DNA from: Candidatus Cloacimonadales bacterium
Lineage (GTDB): Bacteria; Cloacimonadota; Cloacimonadia; Cloacimonadales; JAFGVF01
Assembly (NCBI GenBank): GCA_963677495.2
Contig: CAXXOU010000004.1
Coordinates: 896,001-960,000, forward strand
Direction: 5' to 3'
DNA length: 64,000 nt
Below, piece after piece: positions 1-9,584 of this stretch. Numbering within the stretch: the stretch's first letter is position 1; each line of letters opens with the position of its first letter. The notes beneath the pieces were generated by a model, which saw nothing but the letters and a program-made list of their open reading frames with translations, was not told where the DNA came from and ran no database searches. A program made the position numbers and the translations under genes.

Positions 1-200
1 CCGTCACGTTGAGTAACACAAAAAATAAGTTTATCATAAACAAGAGCTTGCTCAACTGCTTCCTTTGATATCTCTCTGCCTACGAGTACAGGTGCAATAA
101 TTCTAGGTGCAATAAGCATACGTCTTAGAGGAATAACATTATATTGTCTGTCCTCAAAATGTTCTATATCTATTTTTTCAGGATTTATTGTAATCGCCAC
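1..200 (-). CDS. lon: Lon protease, N-terminal part (runs off window start)
   Basis: GTG at 200 after AGGAGG; hand translation MAITINPEKIDIEHFEDRQYNVIPLRRMLIAPRIIAPVLVGREISKEAVEQALVYDKLIFCVTQR matches the Lon N-domain pattern PLR..V.P...P..VGR..S..A. Not in ORF track. Confidence 0.75.
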   Translation of the reverse strand, partial: MAITINPEKIDIEHFEDRQYNVIPLRRMLIAPRIIAPVLVGREISKEAVEQALVYDKLIFCVTQRD

Positions 201-363
201 TTTTCCTCCTTTGGAATCTGGTTGCAAAAAAGAAGAGTCCCTGCTCTATGTCAATTCATTTATCGTACTGTAATAATAGCATAAAGTTATGATAAAACAA
301 AATGTCAAGATAAAGAGAAAAGTCTGTGTAGTTCACAGACTTAAAAATAGTTTGAAAGCTAGT

Positions 364-894
364 TTATTTGAATCTGATTAGAAAAGATGCCATCGGAATG
401 TACATACTTATATAGCCATCATCACGGAAAGTAACCGGCCAATGAATTGCAAGTATACCCCAATCATTCATTTTTAAATCAAATCCAAGTCCCATACCAT
501 AGTAGTATTTCTCTTTAATCTCGGTTTCGTAATCTTTACCATCTACTTCCTGTTCCAAAACGTCTAGTTCATGACGATCTTCACGATAATGATATGAGCC
601 GCCAAGGAAATAGAAGAAAGTGCTTTTTTTGAAATCTTTTAATTTGTAAGTGGCCATACCACCAGCGTTGAAGTATGAATCAAATTTAGCACCTTTTTCA
701 CCGTCTGCAGCTCCACCAAGAACTAATCCCATACCCCATGGTGAACCACTAATTCTGTACATAAGACCACTGCCGATCAGGTCACTGGCATGAGCTCCCA
801 TATACTGCTTCGTCGATGTTTCTTTATACTCTATAGCTGTTAGAGTGGTCAGTAGGAAACATACTACCATAATCAAAATAAGTTTTTTAAACAT
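364..894 (-). CDS. Hypothetical secreted/outer-membrane beta-strand protein
   Basis: Signal peptide, Gly/aromatic alternating strands, near-terminal Phe. Confidence 0.55.
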   Translation of the reverse strand: MFKKLILIMVVCFLLTTLTAIEYKETSTKQYMGAHASDLIGSGLMYRISGSPWGMGLVLGGAADGEKGAKFDSYFNAGGMATYKLKDFKKSTFFYFLGGSYHYREDRHELDVLEQEVDGKDYETEIKEKYYYGMGLGFDLKMNDWGILAIHWPVTFRDDGYISMYIPMASFLIRFK

Positions 895-1256
895 AGATTC
901 TCCACCTTTTCTTCATAATCTACCTGTGCCGATACTAAACACAGAATTAATATTGTAAAGTTTTTTATTTATCTATGTGAATATTTCACTCCTATTAGAG
1001 TAGTGATTTGTTTAATTATTAATTTATGATATCAGATTGTGTTACAAATCTTAGATCCCCAAAAGGAGAATGTAATACAAGGAAAATTAAATCTTTCGAT
1101 TGAGATATATTTGCTTAAACTTCTGATCCACAATCAAGAATTAGACACTTCTAACATTTGTCAGCTAATTTCAATCTAACAAAAAAATAGTGAAAAAGCT
1201 TGACATCGGATAAGAGAGGATTATGTGGATATAAGAAAATAACACAGGAGGAACAA

Positions 1257-1427
1257 ATGGCTGTTAAAATTAACAAAGAAACATGTATCGGTTGCTCAGC
1301 ATGTATCGACTCATGTCCTGTTGCTGCTTTAGTAATGGAAAATGACAAAGCTGTTGTGAACGAAGAAACTTGTATCGATTGTGGTGCTTGTGTATCAACT
1401 TGCCCAGTTGCTGCTATCGAATTATAA
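1257..1427 (+). CDS. 2x[4Fe-4S] ferredoxin (56 aa)
   Basis: Two CxxCxxCxxxCP motifs; ATG at 1257 after AGGAGG. Confidence 0.93.
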   Translation: MAVKINKETCIGCSACIDSCPVAALVMENDKAVVNEETCIDCGACVSTCPVAAIEL

Positions 1428-1445
1428 GAAATCTTTTGGATTTTT

Positions 1446-1469
1446 AGGCTATTGAGAAATCAATAGCCT
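1446..1469. terminator. Bidirectional intrinsic terminator
   Basis: aggctattga-gaaa-tcaatagcct between convergent genes. Confidence 0.75.
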
Positions 1470-1473
1470 TTAT

Positions 1474-2814
1474 TTATTTCCCGATACAGAAATTATCGAA
1501 GATTTTATTTAAGATATCATCGTTTGATATTTTACCAATAACTTCTTCAAGATGCTGTGATGCTTCCTTTAAATCAAATGCTGTGAATTCATAACCAAGT
1601 TCTGCATCAATAGACTCAACTGCTTTCTCCATTGACTTAATTGCATGTAGTACTGCATTAACTTGTCTCCTATTAGTAAGCAATACTGATTCAGATTCAC
1701 TAACTTTAAGTTGTTCTAAAAGCTCCTTCTCAAGATTACCAATGCCATCTGAGGATAGGGCAGAGCATATTATGTAATCTTGATACTCACTCGGTATGAT
1801 CGCATCAGAATTATCAACTTTATTTAGAACCTTGATTATCTTATCGTTATCAATATTCTCAATATAAGCACTAGGACTAATACTGGGCTGTGTTATATCA
1901 TGTACATAAACAACCTTGTCAGCTTTATCAATGATATCTAGAGAACGCTGGATTCCAAGCTTTTCAATGTCATCAGATGTCTCACGGATACCTGCTGTAT
2001 CAAAGAATTTAACCAAATACCCCTGAATTGATACTACCTCTTCAAGATAGTCGCGTGTTGTACCAGGTGTAGGAGTTACAATTGCTCGTTCACATTCCAG
2101 GAACTGATTGAATAAACTGGATTTTCCTGCATTAGGTGCACCTATCAGACAAACCTTTAATCCATCCCTAAGAATTCTACCATTCTCACCGGTGTCAGCA
2201 AGTTGCTTCAACTCATTTATATACACTATCAGTTTTGCTTTCAAGGCAGACATATCAATCTCAGGATTGTCATCTTCTAGAAAATCGATCTCCAGTTCAA
2301 CTTGCATTCGATATGCTATAAGCTTATCAAGAAGCTCTTCTATCTTATGAAATAGCGATCCTTCCAACTGTTTCATTGCTAAATCGTGCGATTTGACTGT
2401 CTGACTATTAATAAGATCGTTAACAGCTTCAGCTTGGGTAAGGTCAAGTTTGTTATTGAGATACGCTCTTAAAGTGAATTCACCCGGATTGGCTAATCTG
2501 ACATCTCTTAAAAGAGCTTGAAGGATTCTGTCTGCAATGAATTGAGAACCATGACAGCTAATCTCGACAACATCCTCTCCGGTATAACTATGTGGTGTTT
2601 TAAAGATAGTACAGAGAACTTGGTCAAGTATGATGTTATTATCAATAAAATCACAAAATGTAACTGTATTAGCATGCCTTTTCTTAATATCTTTGGACAG
2701 ATATTTGTTTACAATGCTAATACAGTTTTCACCACTAACCCGAAGAACGTGAATTCCACCGGTACCTGGTGGAGTTGCTATGGCAACAATGGGATCGTCT
2801 AGGTAATCGGGCAT
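1474..2814 (-). CDS. mnmE: tRNA modification GTPase MnmE
   Basis: IVAIATPPG, SYTGEDVVEI, GAPNAGKSS, GTTRD, C-terminal FCIGK. Confidence 0.97.
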   Translation of the reverse strand: MPDYLDDPIVAIATPPGTGGIHVLRVSGENCISIVNKYLSKDIKKRHANTVTFCDFIDNNIILDQVLCTIFKTPHSYTGEDVVEISCHGSQFIADRILQALLRDVRLANPGEFTLRAYLNNKLDLTQAEAVNDLINSQTVKSHDLAMKQLEGSLFHKIEELLDKLIAYRMQVELEIDFLEDDNPEIDMSALKAKLIVYINELKQLADTGENGRILRDGLKVCLIGAPNAGKSSLFNQFLECERAIVTPTPGTTRDYLEEVVSIQGYLVKFFDTAGIRETSDDIEKLGIQRSLDIIDKADKVVYVHDITQPSISPSAYIENIDNDKIIKVLNKVDNSDAIIPSEYQDYIICSALSSDGIGNLEKELLEQLKVSESESVLLTNRRQVNAVLHAIKSMEKAVESIDAELGYEFTAFDLKEASQHLEEVIGKISNDDILNKIFDNFCIGK

Positions 2815-2817
2815 AAA

Positions 2818-3108
2818 TTAGATAACTATCTTTCTCTTTTCTGGATCCGGATGTTGACGATAAATAGTAGCAACAAAGCCAACAATTGATATCTTTGTAC
2901 ATTCCAGTTTTTCACAGATTTCGTCAGTTATCTCTTTCTTTTGGTCTTTGAAGTCCTGAAACTTAATTTTCAGTAACTCGTGATTGTTGAGCTCTCTATC
3001 AATAAGAGCAAGAATCTCATCATTGAAGCCTTTTTGTCCAATGTAAACTATGGGTTTCAAAGGGTTAGCAATTGTGCGTAAACGCAGTATTTTCTGTTTA
3101 TTCAACAT
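2818..3108 (-). CDS. yhbY: YhbY/CRM-domain RNA-binding protein
   Basis: LR..A..LKP.V.IG.KG and L..HEL.KIK motifs, 96 aa. Confidence 0.9.
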   Translation of the reverse strand: MLNKQKILRLRTIANPLKPIVYIGQKGFNDEILALIDRELNNHELLKIKFQDFKDQKKEITDEICEKLECTKISIVGFVATIYRQHPDPEKRKIVI

Positions 3109-4965
3109 CTATCTCTCCATTATTATCTCTTTTGAGTGCAAATCTTTTAAGATTGCTTCCGGTGTCAATCCAATCTCTGTCATGAGTAACTCGGTACTTC
3201 CATGTGCAATAAATCTATCAGGAATGCCATAGCTTAGAACAATGCAGTGAGTAAACTTAACAGCATCTCTAATCAATGAGCCAAAACCGCCCTTTAAGGC
3301 GTTAGTTTCTATAGTTATAATATAATCATGGTCTTGGGCTATTTTATTGTAAAAGTCGGCGTTGATTGGGTTTACAAATCTAGCATCAATTAATGTAACA
3401 TTTTGATTGATACTGGATACAATCTCAGAACCAATATTAAAACCTTCTCCAATCCCAATAAAAGCTACTCTTTCGCCTGTCTTGACTAAAACCGGTTGTC
3501 CGATCTCAATAGGCTGTTCAAAAGTGTGAGAAGCAGCTTTCCCACGGGGATAACGAAGGGCAATTGGACCATCAATGTAGTTATTGCTAAACTCAAGCAT
3601 TGCTTCAAGTTCAGATTCACTTGAGGGAGCCATAAAGATCAGATCGGGGATTGATGCAAAAAGGGAGATGTCAAAAACACCATGATGAGTTGCTCCATCA
3701 GCACCTACAAGACCTGCTCTGTCCATACAGAGCACAACAGGAAGTTTCTGTAATGCAACATCATGGATAACTTGGTCAACTGCTCTTTGCATGAACGTTG
3801 AGTAAATTGCAACAAATGGCTTTAAGCCTTTTGTTGCTAAACCTGCTGCAAAAGTAATAGCATGTTGCTCAGCTATACCTACATCAAAAAATCTATTTGG
3901 ATATTTACTTGAAAACTCAACTAATCCGGTACCGGATGCCATGGCTGCAGTTATTGCAATTGTTTTATCATCTTCTTCAGCTAACTTGCATAGTTTTACA
4001 CCGAAAATATCGGACCAAGTTGTACTGCCGTTTTTAGGTTTGACCCCTGTCTCTTTACAGTAAGGTCCAACACCATGATATTTATCGGGATGCTGCTCAG
4101 CTAAAGAGAACCCTTTGCCTTTTTTTGTAACCAAATGCAAAAATACAGGACCATCCATATGAGTCATAATGTTTCGGAATATCCTTACAAGGTGCTTGAT
4201 GTCATGCCCATCAACAGGGCCAATATATTTGTAACCTAAATCTTCAAAGATTATGTTTGGTGCCAGAAGATTTATAACTCCACCTTCAAGCTTTCTAGAG
4301 CCTTTGATAATCCTGTTCTTGAACCTATCAGGCATGGATTCTGTAATACTCCAAACCTTACGCTTCAGCTTGTTATATGATTTACTCACCAAGAAGTCAG
4401 ACATATAACTTTGAAGTCCACCTACATTCTTTGAAATTGACATCTCATTATCATTCAGAATGACTAAGAGCTTATTAAGATTAGTATCTCCACCGTGATT
4501 CAGTGCTTCAAAAGACATGCCACCCGTAAGTGCTCCATCACCAATAATAGCAATGCTGAAACCTTTTTCATTGAGGAGTTTCTTGGCATATGCTATTCCT
4601 AAGGCAGCTGAAATTGATGTACTGCTATGACCTACACCAAAAGCATCATATTCGCTTTCACTTATCTTATTGAAACCACTAAGACCGTTATACTGTCTTA
4701 AGGTTGCAAAATCATCATTTCTACCTGTTAGGATTTTGTATGCGTAACTTTGGTGTCCGACATCCCAGACTATAGAGTCGGTTGGTGGATTGAATACTTT
4801 GAGTAGAGCTATTGCTAAATCACAAGCTCCCAGACTTGGGGCTACATGTCCACCGGTCTGGCAAGTTACATCTATAATTCTTTTACGAACTTCGAAACTT
4901 AGCTCTTGAAGCTCTTTTGTAGTCAGCTTTTTTATATCATTCGGATTCTTTATATTCTTGAGCAT
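3109..4965 (-). CDS. dxs: 1-deoxy-D-xylulose-5-phosphate synthase
   Basis: GGH.APSLG, WDVGHQSY, GDGALTGG, FFDVGIAEQHA, DGATHHG; start moved to MLKNIK after AGGAG. Confidence 0.97.
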   Translation of the reverse strand: MLKNIKNPNDIKKLTTKELQELSFEVRKRIIDVTCQTGGHVAPSLGACDLAIALLKVFNPPTDSIVWDVGHQSYAYKILTGRNDDFATLRQYNGLSGFNKISESEYDAFGVGHSSTSISAALGIAYAKKLLNEKGFSIAIIGDGALTGGMSFEALNHGGDTNLNKLLVILNDNEMSISKNVGGLQSYMSDFLVSKSYNKLKRKVWSITESMPDRFKNRIIKGSRKLEGGVINLLAPNIIFEDLGYKYIGPVDGHDIKHLVRIFRNIMTHMDGPVFLHLVTKKGKGFSLAEQHPDKYHGVGPYCKETGVKPKNGSTTWSDIFGVKLCKLAEEDDKTIAITAAMASGTGLVEFSSKYPNRFFDVGIAEQHAITFAAGLATKGLKPFVAIYSTFMQRAVDQVIHDVALQKLPVVLCMDRAGLVGADGATHHGVFDISLFASIPDLIFMAPSSESELEAMLEFSNNYIDGPIALRYPRGKAASHTFEQPIEIGQPVLVKTGERVAFIGIGEGFNIGSEIVSSINQNVTLIDARFVNPINADFYNKIAQDHDYIITIETNALKGGFGSLIRDAVKFTHCIVLSYGIPDRFIAHGSTELLMTEIGLTPEAILKDLHSKEIIMER

Positions 4966-5089
4966 GATACTCCTTTTAATCAACATTACAGTCGATGTAA
5001 CAAAATGAAACTGTCAAGGGATAAAGTGTTGTTAAATGAGTTAAAGAACATAAGCATTGCCTTATATGTCTGGCAGAAGTCGCATAAAT

Positions 5090-5165
5090 AACCACGGATG
5101 AACCACGGGTAAACCACGCCCAAACCACGGGAACCGCGGTTAACCCGTGGTTTACCCGTTGTCAA
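5090..5165. repeat. 11-bp-phased inverted array, CCACG type (copy A)
   Basis: accacg at 5091, 5102, 5113, 5124, then ccgcgg/ccgtgg/ccgttg at 5134, 5145, 5156. Confidence 0.9.
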
Positions 5166-5267
5166 CTATTAAACTTTACTCCGACTTTCATTGGTTCCAA
5201 CAATATTTATAGACAGTAATTCTTATCTCTTTATCTTGTGAGTATATAAAGATTAATTGGAGGAAAC

Positions 5268-6362
5268 ATGCAATATTTACCTGTTGATATGATGTATAGC
5301 TTCATGATTGAAGTATTCGAAAAACTTGGAGTTCCATCTACCGAAGCTAAGATGTGCGCAGATGTTCTGATAGAATCAGATTTACGTGGAATAGAATCTC
5401 ATGGCATCGGTCGTTTAAAGATGTATTATGATAGGATAAAAGCCGGTATTCAGTTTGTTGATACGAAGATTGATGTAATTAGCGACAGAGCTGCAACAGC
5501 TGTCTGGGATGGTAATCATGGTATGGGACATGTTATTGCAACAAAAGCTATGCAGGAAGCAATAGATAAAGCTAAAAAATATGGAATTGGTTGTGTAACA
5601 GTGAGAAACTCAACTCACTATGGTATTTGCGGATATTATGCTTCAATGGCAATTGAAAATGATATGATTGGTTTCACATTTACAAATGCCAGACCATCAA
5701 TTGCTCCAACGAATGGTGTTGAACCAATGCTAGGTACAAACCCTATCTGTTTTGGTTGTCCTGCTGATGGAGACTATCCGTTTATCTATGATGCTGCAAC
5801 ATCTATTAGTCAAAGAGGTAAAATTGAAGTACTCGCTAGAGAAGAGAAACCAACACCTGAAGGGTGGGCAATTAACCTGCAAGGTGAAACTCAGACTGAT
5901 ACAGCAAAACTACTAGTGGATTTAGTAAAGAAACAAGCATCTATGCTTCCAATTGGTGGTACTGATGAAGTTACTGGTAGTCATAAAGGGTATGGTCTTG
6001 GAATGATGGTTGAGATTCTGAGTGCTGCACTACAGAATGGAAGCTACTTGCAAGGTCTGCATGGTTGGTCTGAAGATGGAAAGACAAGAGTCCCTTATAA
6101 ATTAGGGCATTTCTTCTTAGCTCTAAATATTGATTTTTTCACTGATATAAAAGACTTCAAAGCTATTGTTGGTGATATAATGCAACAGATGATCAACTCG
6201 GACAAGATTCCAGGTAGAGATAGAATCTATGTAGCTGGAGAAAAAGAGTACATAAATGCTATCAGAGTAAAAAGAGATGGCATCCCTATCGTGCCCAATC
6301 TGCGCAAAGATATCGAAGTTATGCAGAAGGAACTGGGAATAGATACTATAAAGTTTGATTAA
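5268..6362 (+). CDS. Ldh_2 family (type 2 malate/L-lactate) dehydrogenase
   Basis: DLRGIESHG, VRNSTHYG, GTNPI, HKGYGL motifs. Confidence 0.88.
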   Translation: MQYLPVDMMYSFMIEVFEKLGVPSTEAKMCADVLIESDLRGIESHGIGRLKMYYDRIKAGIQFVDTKIDVISDRAATAVWDGNHGMGHVIATKAMQEAIDKAKKYGIGCVTVRNSTHYGICGYYASMAIENDMIGFTFTNARPSIAPTNGVEPMLGTNPICFGCPADGDYPFIYDAATSISQRGKIEVLAREEKPTPEGWAINLQGETQTDTAKLLVDLVKKQASMLPIGGTDEVTGSHKGYGLGMMVEILSAALQNGSYLQGLHGWSEDGKTRVPYKLGHFFLALNIDFFTDIKDFKAIVGDIMQQMINSDKIPGRDRIYVAGEKEYINAIRVKRDGIPIVPNLRKDIEVMQKELGIDTIKFD

Positions 6363-6374
6363 TAATTATCATTT

Positions 6375-6401
6375 AAAGAGCGAAGTCTAACTTCGCTCTT
6401 T
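6375..6401 (+). terminator. Intrinsic terminator
   Basis: aaagagcgaag-tctaa-cttcgctcttt. Confidence 0.75.
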
Positions 6402-6417
6402 ATCGTTTAGAGGAACT

Positions 6418-6792
6418 ATGGATATTATATACAAGCAAGAATCGTACAATATTCAAGGTGGAATTTTTGAAGTATATAAAGAAATGGGTGCTGGATTTTT
6501 AGAAAGCGTTTATCAAGAGTGTTTAGAAAGAGAGTTTTTTCGAAGAAAAATTCCATTTGAAGCTCATCCATTACTGCAAATCTCATATAAGGGTGAAATG
6601 ATAAATCAGAATTTCATACCTGATTTTGTGTGCTACGATAAGATCATTGTCGAGATAAAAGCTGTATGTAGTTTAAATGAAGTTCATAAAGCTCAGTTAA
6701 TTAACTATCTTAAGTGTACAGGATTCAAACTTGGGATGTTGGTAAATTTCGGGGAGTATCCTAAAGCTGTCATCAAAAGAATTGTTATTTAA
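6418..6792 (+). CDS. GxxExxY protein (PD-(D/E)XK nuclease-like)
   Basis: GAGFLESVYQECL, PDFVC..KIIVEIKA, AQLINYLK, G.LVNFG. Confidence 0.92.
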   Translation: MDIIYKQESYNIQGGIFEVYKEMGAGFLESVYQECLEREFFRRKIPFEAHPLLQISYKGEMINQNFIPDFVCYDKIIVEIKAVCSLNEVHKAQLINYLKCTGFKLGMLVNFGEYPKAVIKRIVI

Positions 6793-6803
6793 AATCAATA
6801 GAT

Positions 6804-6914
6804 CACAAAAAACACGAAAGACACGAAAAAAAGAAATGGAACTTGTTGAATTATGTTAAGTGTATGGCACATCTACATCATTAAAATGTTTTCGTGCTTT
6901 TCGTGTTTTTTGTG
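6804..6914. repeat. Inverted pair of 9-bp-period CACGAAA repeats downstream of GxxExxY
   Basis: cacaaaaaacacgaaagacacgaaaa (6804-6829) vs ttttcgtgcttttcgtgttttttgtg (6889-6914), 24/26 complementary. Confidence 0.85.
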
Positions 6915-6940
6915 GTTAATATTTCTGATTAGAAATTAAA

Positions 6941-6968
6941 AAAGTCTGCCGTTTTAACAGCAGACTTT
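6941..6968. terminator. Intrinsic terminator for ferritin
   Basis: aaagtctgc...gcagacttt. Confidence 0.7.
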
Positions 6969-6985
6969 CATTATGTAAGTATCAA

Positions 6986-7495
6986 TTACGCACCTGCTGG
7001 TGGAGTAAATGACCTTGTTGCCAGTTCTTTATCCATCATGTAAAGTGTATGTGGATTAGCTGAAACCATCTTGATAGTTGTGAGAAGTTTATCTACGTTA
7101 GCTTCCTCTTCTACTTGCTCATCGATGTACCATTGTAAGAAACTCTTTGCAGCATGATCTTTTTCATCAATCGCTACGTTCATAAGATTGTTTATGCAAT
7201 CAGTAATAAATCTTTCATGCTTTAAAGTCATCTCAAACACTTGAGTAACATTTTCGAAATCAGTCTCTGGTTTATCTATTGCCTGTAAAACAACAGTTCC
7301 ACCGCGTTCAACAACATAATCAAAAAGCTTCATTGCATGAAAGCTTTCCTCTTCATATTGCACATGCATCCAATTGGCAAAACCATCAAGGTTTTGACTT
7401 TTGAACCATGCCGACATTGAAAGGTACAGATAAGCTGAGTAGAATTCTCTATTTATCTGATCATTTATCTCTTTTTCTAACTTTACTGTTATCAT
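6986..7495 (-). CDS. ftnA: Non-heme ferritin
   Basis: IN.EFYSAYLYLSMS, EE..HAMK, FLQWYIDEQVEEE; start at MITVK. Confidence 0.93.
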   Translation of the reverse strand: MITVKLEKEINDQINREFYSAYLYLSMSAWFKSQNLDGFANWMHVQYEEESFHAMKLFDYVVERGGTVVLQAIDKPETDFENVTQVFEMTLKHERFITDCINNLMNVAIDEKDHAAKSFLQWYIDEQVEEEANVDKLLTTIKMVSANPHTLYMMDKELATRSFTPPAGA

Positions 7496-7496
7496 T

Positions 7497-8678
7497 TTAT
7501 TCCTCCTTGAATTCTTCAAGTTTTTCACTGACTCTATCAGTGATAGCTTTTAAATCTTCATCCCCTGGGATATACTGATGACGAATCTTATCCATAATTG
7601 TGAACCCACACTCTTTAAGATATGTTTCAACTATTCCTACAGCTTGACCACCCCAGCCATATGAACCGAAGGCAAGACCGATTCTATCCTGTGGACTAAG
7701 ACCTTTAAGGTAGGTTAAGAAAGCTGCAACTGTTGGCAGAATTCCATTATTGAGAGTAGGTGATCCAACACATATATACTTTGCAGTAGCAACTTCTGTC
7801 ATCACATCAGAGATATGATCATTTTGCAGGTTGACCATTCTTACATGGATACCGGCATGATTGAATGATCTTTGGATGGCATAAGCCATCTTTCTTGTAG
7901 ATTCCCACATTGTATCATAAACGATTAGAGCGTACTTTTCATCTGCTTCATTATGGGACAACATATGATACTCTTCTAGAATCTCTTTTATATATTTCTC
8001 CCATATAAGTCCATGACTTGGGCAAATCATCTCTACATCGAGTGACTTTACTATCTCCAATGCTTTGACAACCATCTTTCTAAATGGGAGAACAATGTTT
8101 GCAAAATATTTCCGAGCTTCTTCAATAGCTATGCTAAACGGATATTCGGAGTCAATTCTTTGTGATGATGCAATGTGCTGTCCAAAAGAATCATTTGAGA
8201 ACAAAATCTTCTCTTCAGGACAATAAGTAACCATGTTGTCAGGCCAGTGAATCATAGGAGTTGGAACAAAGTGCAGTGTTCTTTCACCTAAACTTATTGT
8301 GTCGCCACCTTTTACTATCTCAAGATTGAAATCTTTTTTATACATAAGTTTCAGTGCTTTATCAGCATTTCCTGTTGCATAGATCTTAGCATTAGGTACT
8401 AACTCTGTAAGCATTGGCAAGCCACCTGAATGGTCACCTTCAACATGATTTTGAACTATGATATCAATCTTAGAGGGGTCTATAATCTTTGAGATTCTTT
8501 CTAACATCTCCGGATAAAGCTTAGCCTTAACATTGTCGATAAGTGTCACTTTCTCATCAATAATTAAGTATGCATTATAAGTAGAACCTCTTTGAGTAAG
8601 GTAGCCATGAAAGTTCCTTAAATCCCAATCAATAACTCCTACCCAATAAACTCCTTTTCTAAGTTCTCTAGGTAACAT
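7497..8678 (-). CDS. fprA: Flavodiiron protein (FprA family)
   Basis: GSTYNAYLI, NHVEGDHSG, HWPD, PSHG plus flavodoxin domain (AFGSYGWGG). Confidence 0.93.
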   Translation of the reverse strand: MLPRELRKGVYWVGVIDWDLRNFHGYLTQRGSTYNAYLIIDEKVTLIDNVKAKLYPEMLERISKIIDPSKIDIIVQNHVEGDHSGGLPMLTELVPNAKIYATGNADKALKLMYKKDFNLEIVKGGDTISLGERTLHFVPTPMIHWPDNMVTYCPEEKILFSNDSFGQHIASSQRIDSEYPFSIAIEEARKYFANIVLPFRKMVVKALEIVKSLDVEMICPSHGLIWEKYIKEILEEYHMLSHNEADEKYALIVYDTMWESTRKMAYAIQRSFNHAGIHVRMVNLQNDHISDVMTEVATAKYICVGSPTLNNGILPTVAAFLTYLKGLSPQDRIGLAFGSYGWGGQAVGIVETYLKECGFTIMDKIRHQYIPGDEDLKAITDRVSEKLEEFKEE

Positions 8679-8696
8679 AATTCCTCCATTTATATA

Positions 8697-9497
8697 TTAT
8701 TTTTGACATATTTGACAATAAAAGGTCGATCTTCCGGCTTGTTTTATCCGAACAATTGGATGACCTTTCGGGCAAACTTCTTTTTGATAGACTCTTAAGA
8801 AATTTTGGAAAGAACCAGATTTGTCGTCAACATTCCTAAAATCTGATATCGTTGTACCATTGTGTAGAAGCGCTTCCGTAATAACTTCTTTCGTATATTC
8901 AACAACACGGTCTATTTGCGATCTAGTCAATTTATTTCCTTCAAGAGTAGGGGAGACTTTAGCTCGATATAGTAACTCACATACATAGATATTACCTAAA
9001 CCTGCAACAACATCCTGTCGAAGTAATACATTCTTGATTGGTGCTTTTAACCTTTTTAGCTGTAACTTTAGATACTTTGCGTTAAACTCATCAGATAAAG
9101 GTTCCGGCCCCAACTTCAAAATCGATGGATCTGTTTCATCTTTTGGATAGATCTTTATAGATCCGAAAGTTCTAATATCTTCAAACTGAAGTAATGTCCC
9201 ATCATTAAATCTTATGATAGCTCTTGTATGAGGGGTTAAACTCTCATTATGTACAAATACTAGTTTTCCGGTCATTCTTAAATGGATAACCATACTAAAA
9301 CTGTTTGAGAGTGAGATAATTATATACTTACCTCTACGTGATATATTGTCAATTTTTACAGGTTCTCCAATAAAGTCCTGATTCACAAAATAATCGACTG
9401 TATTTGCTCTTAATTCAACAATTTCTGATATCTGTTTATCAATTACATAGTCTTTTAGACCATTAACAATTGTATTTACTTCCGGTAGTTCCGGCAT
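8697..9497 (-). CDS. mutM: Formamidopyrimidine-DNA glycosylase
   Basis: MPELPEV, RRGKY, HLRMTG, GLGNIY, C-terminal zinc finger. Confidence 0.96.
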   Translation of the reverse strand: MPELPEVNTIVNGLKDYVIDKQISEIVELRANTVDYFVNQDFIGEPVKIDNISRRGKYIIISLSNSFSMVIHLRMTGKLVFVHNESLTPHTRAIIRFNDGTLLQFEDIRTFGSIKIYPKDETDPSILKLGPEPLSDEFNAKYLKLQLKRLKAPIKNVLLRQDVVAGLGNIYVCELLYRAKVSPTLEGNKLTRSQIDRVVEYTKEVITEALLHNGTTISDFRNVDDKSGSFQNFLRVYQKEVCPKGHPIVRIKQAGRSTFYCQICQK

Positions 9498-9584
9498 CAA
9501 TTCTCCTGTTTTTTAGTTAAGATAAACAAACATTGATACTATGCCAATAGTAATATAGCATTTTTACATATATTTAAGTATTAA

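Noticed and set aside
5090..5165. Integron attC sites or plasmid iterons as the explanation for the 11-bp arrays
   Set aside because: No RYYYAAC/GTTRRRY ends, integrase, cassette organisation or rep gene; the arrays sit between housekeeping genes.
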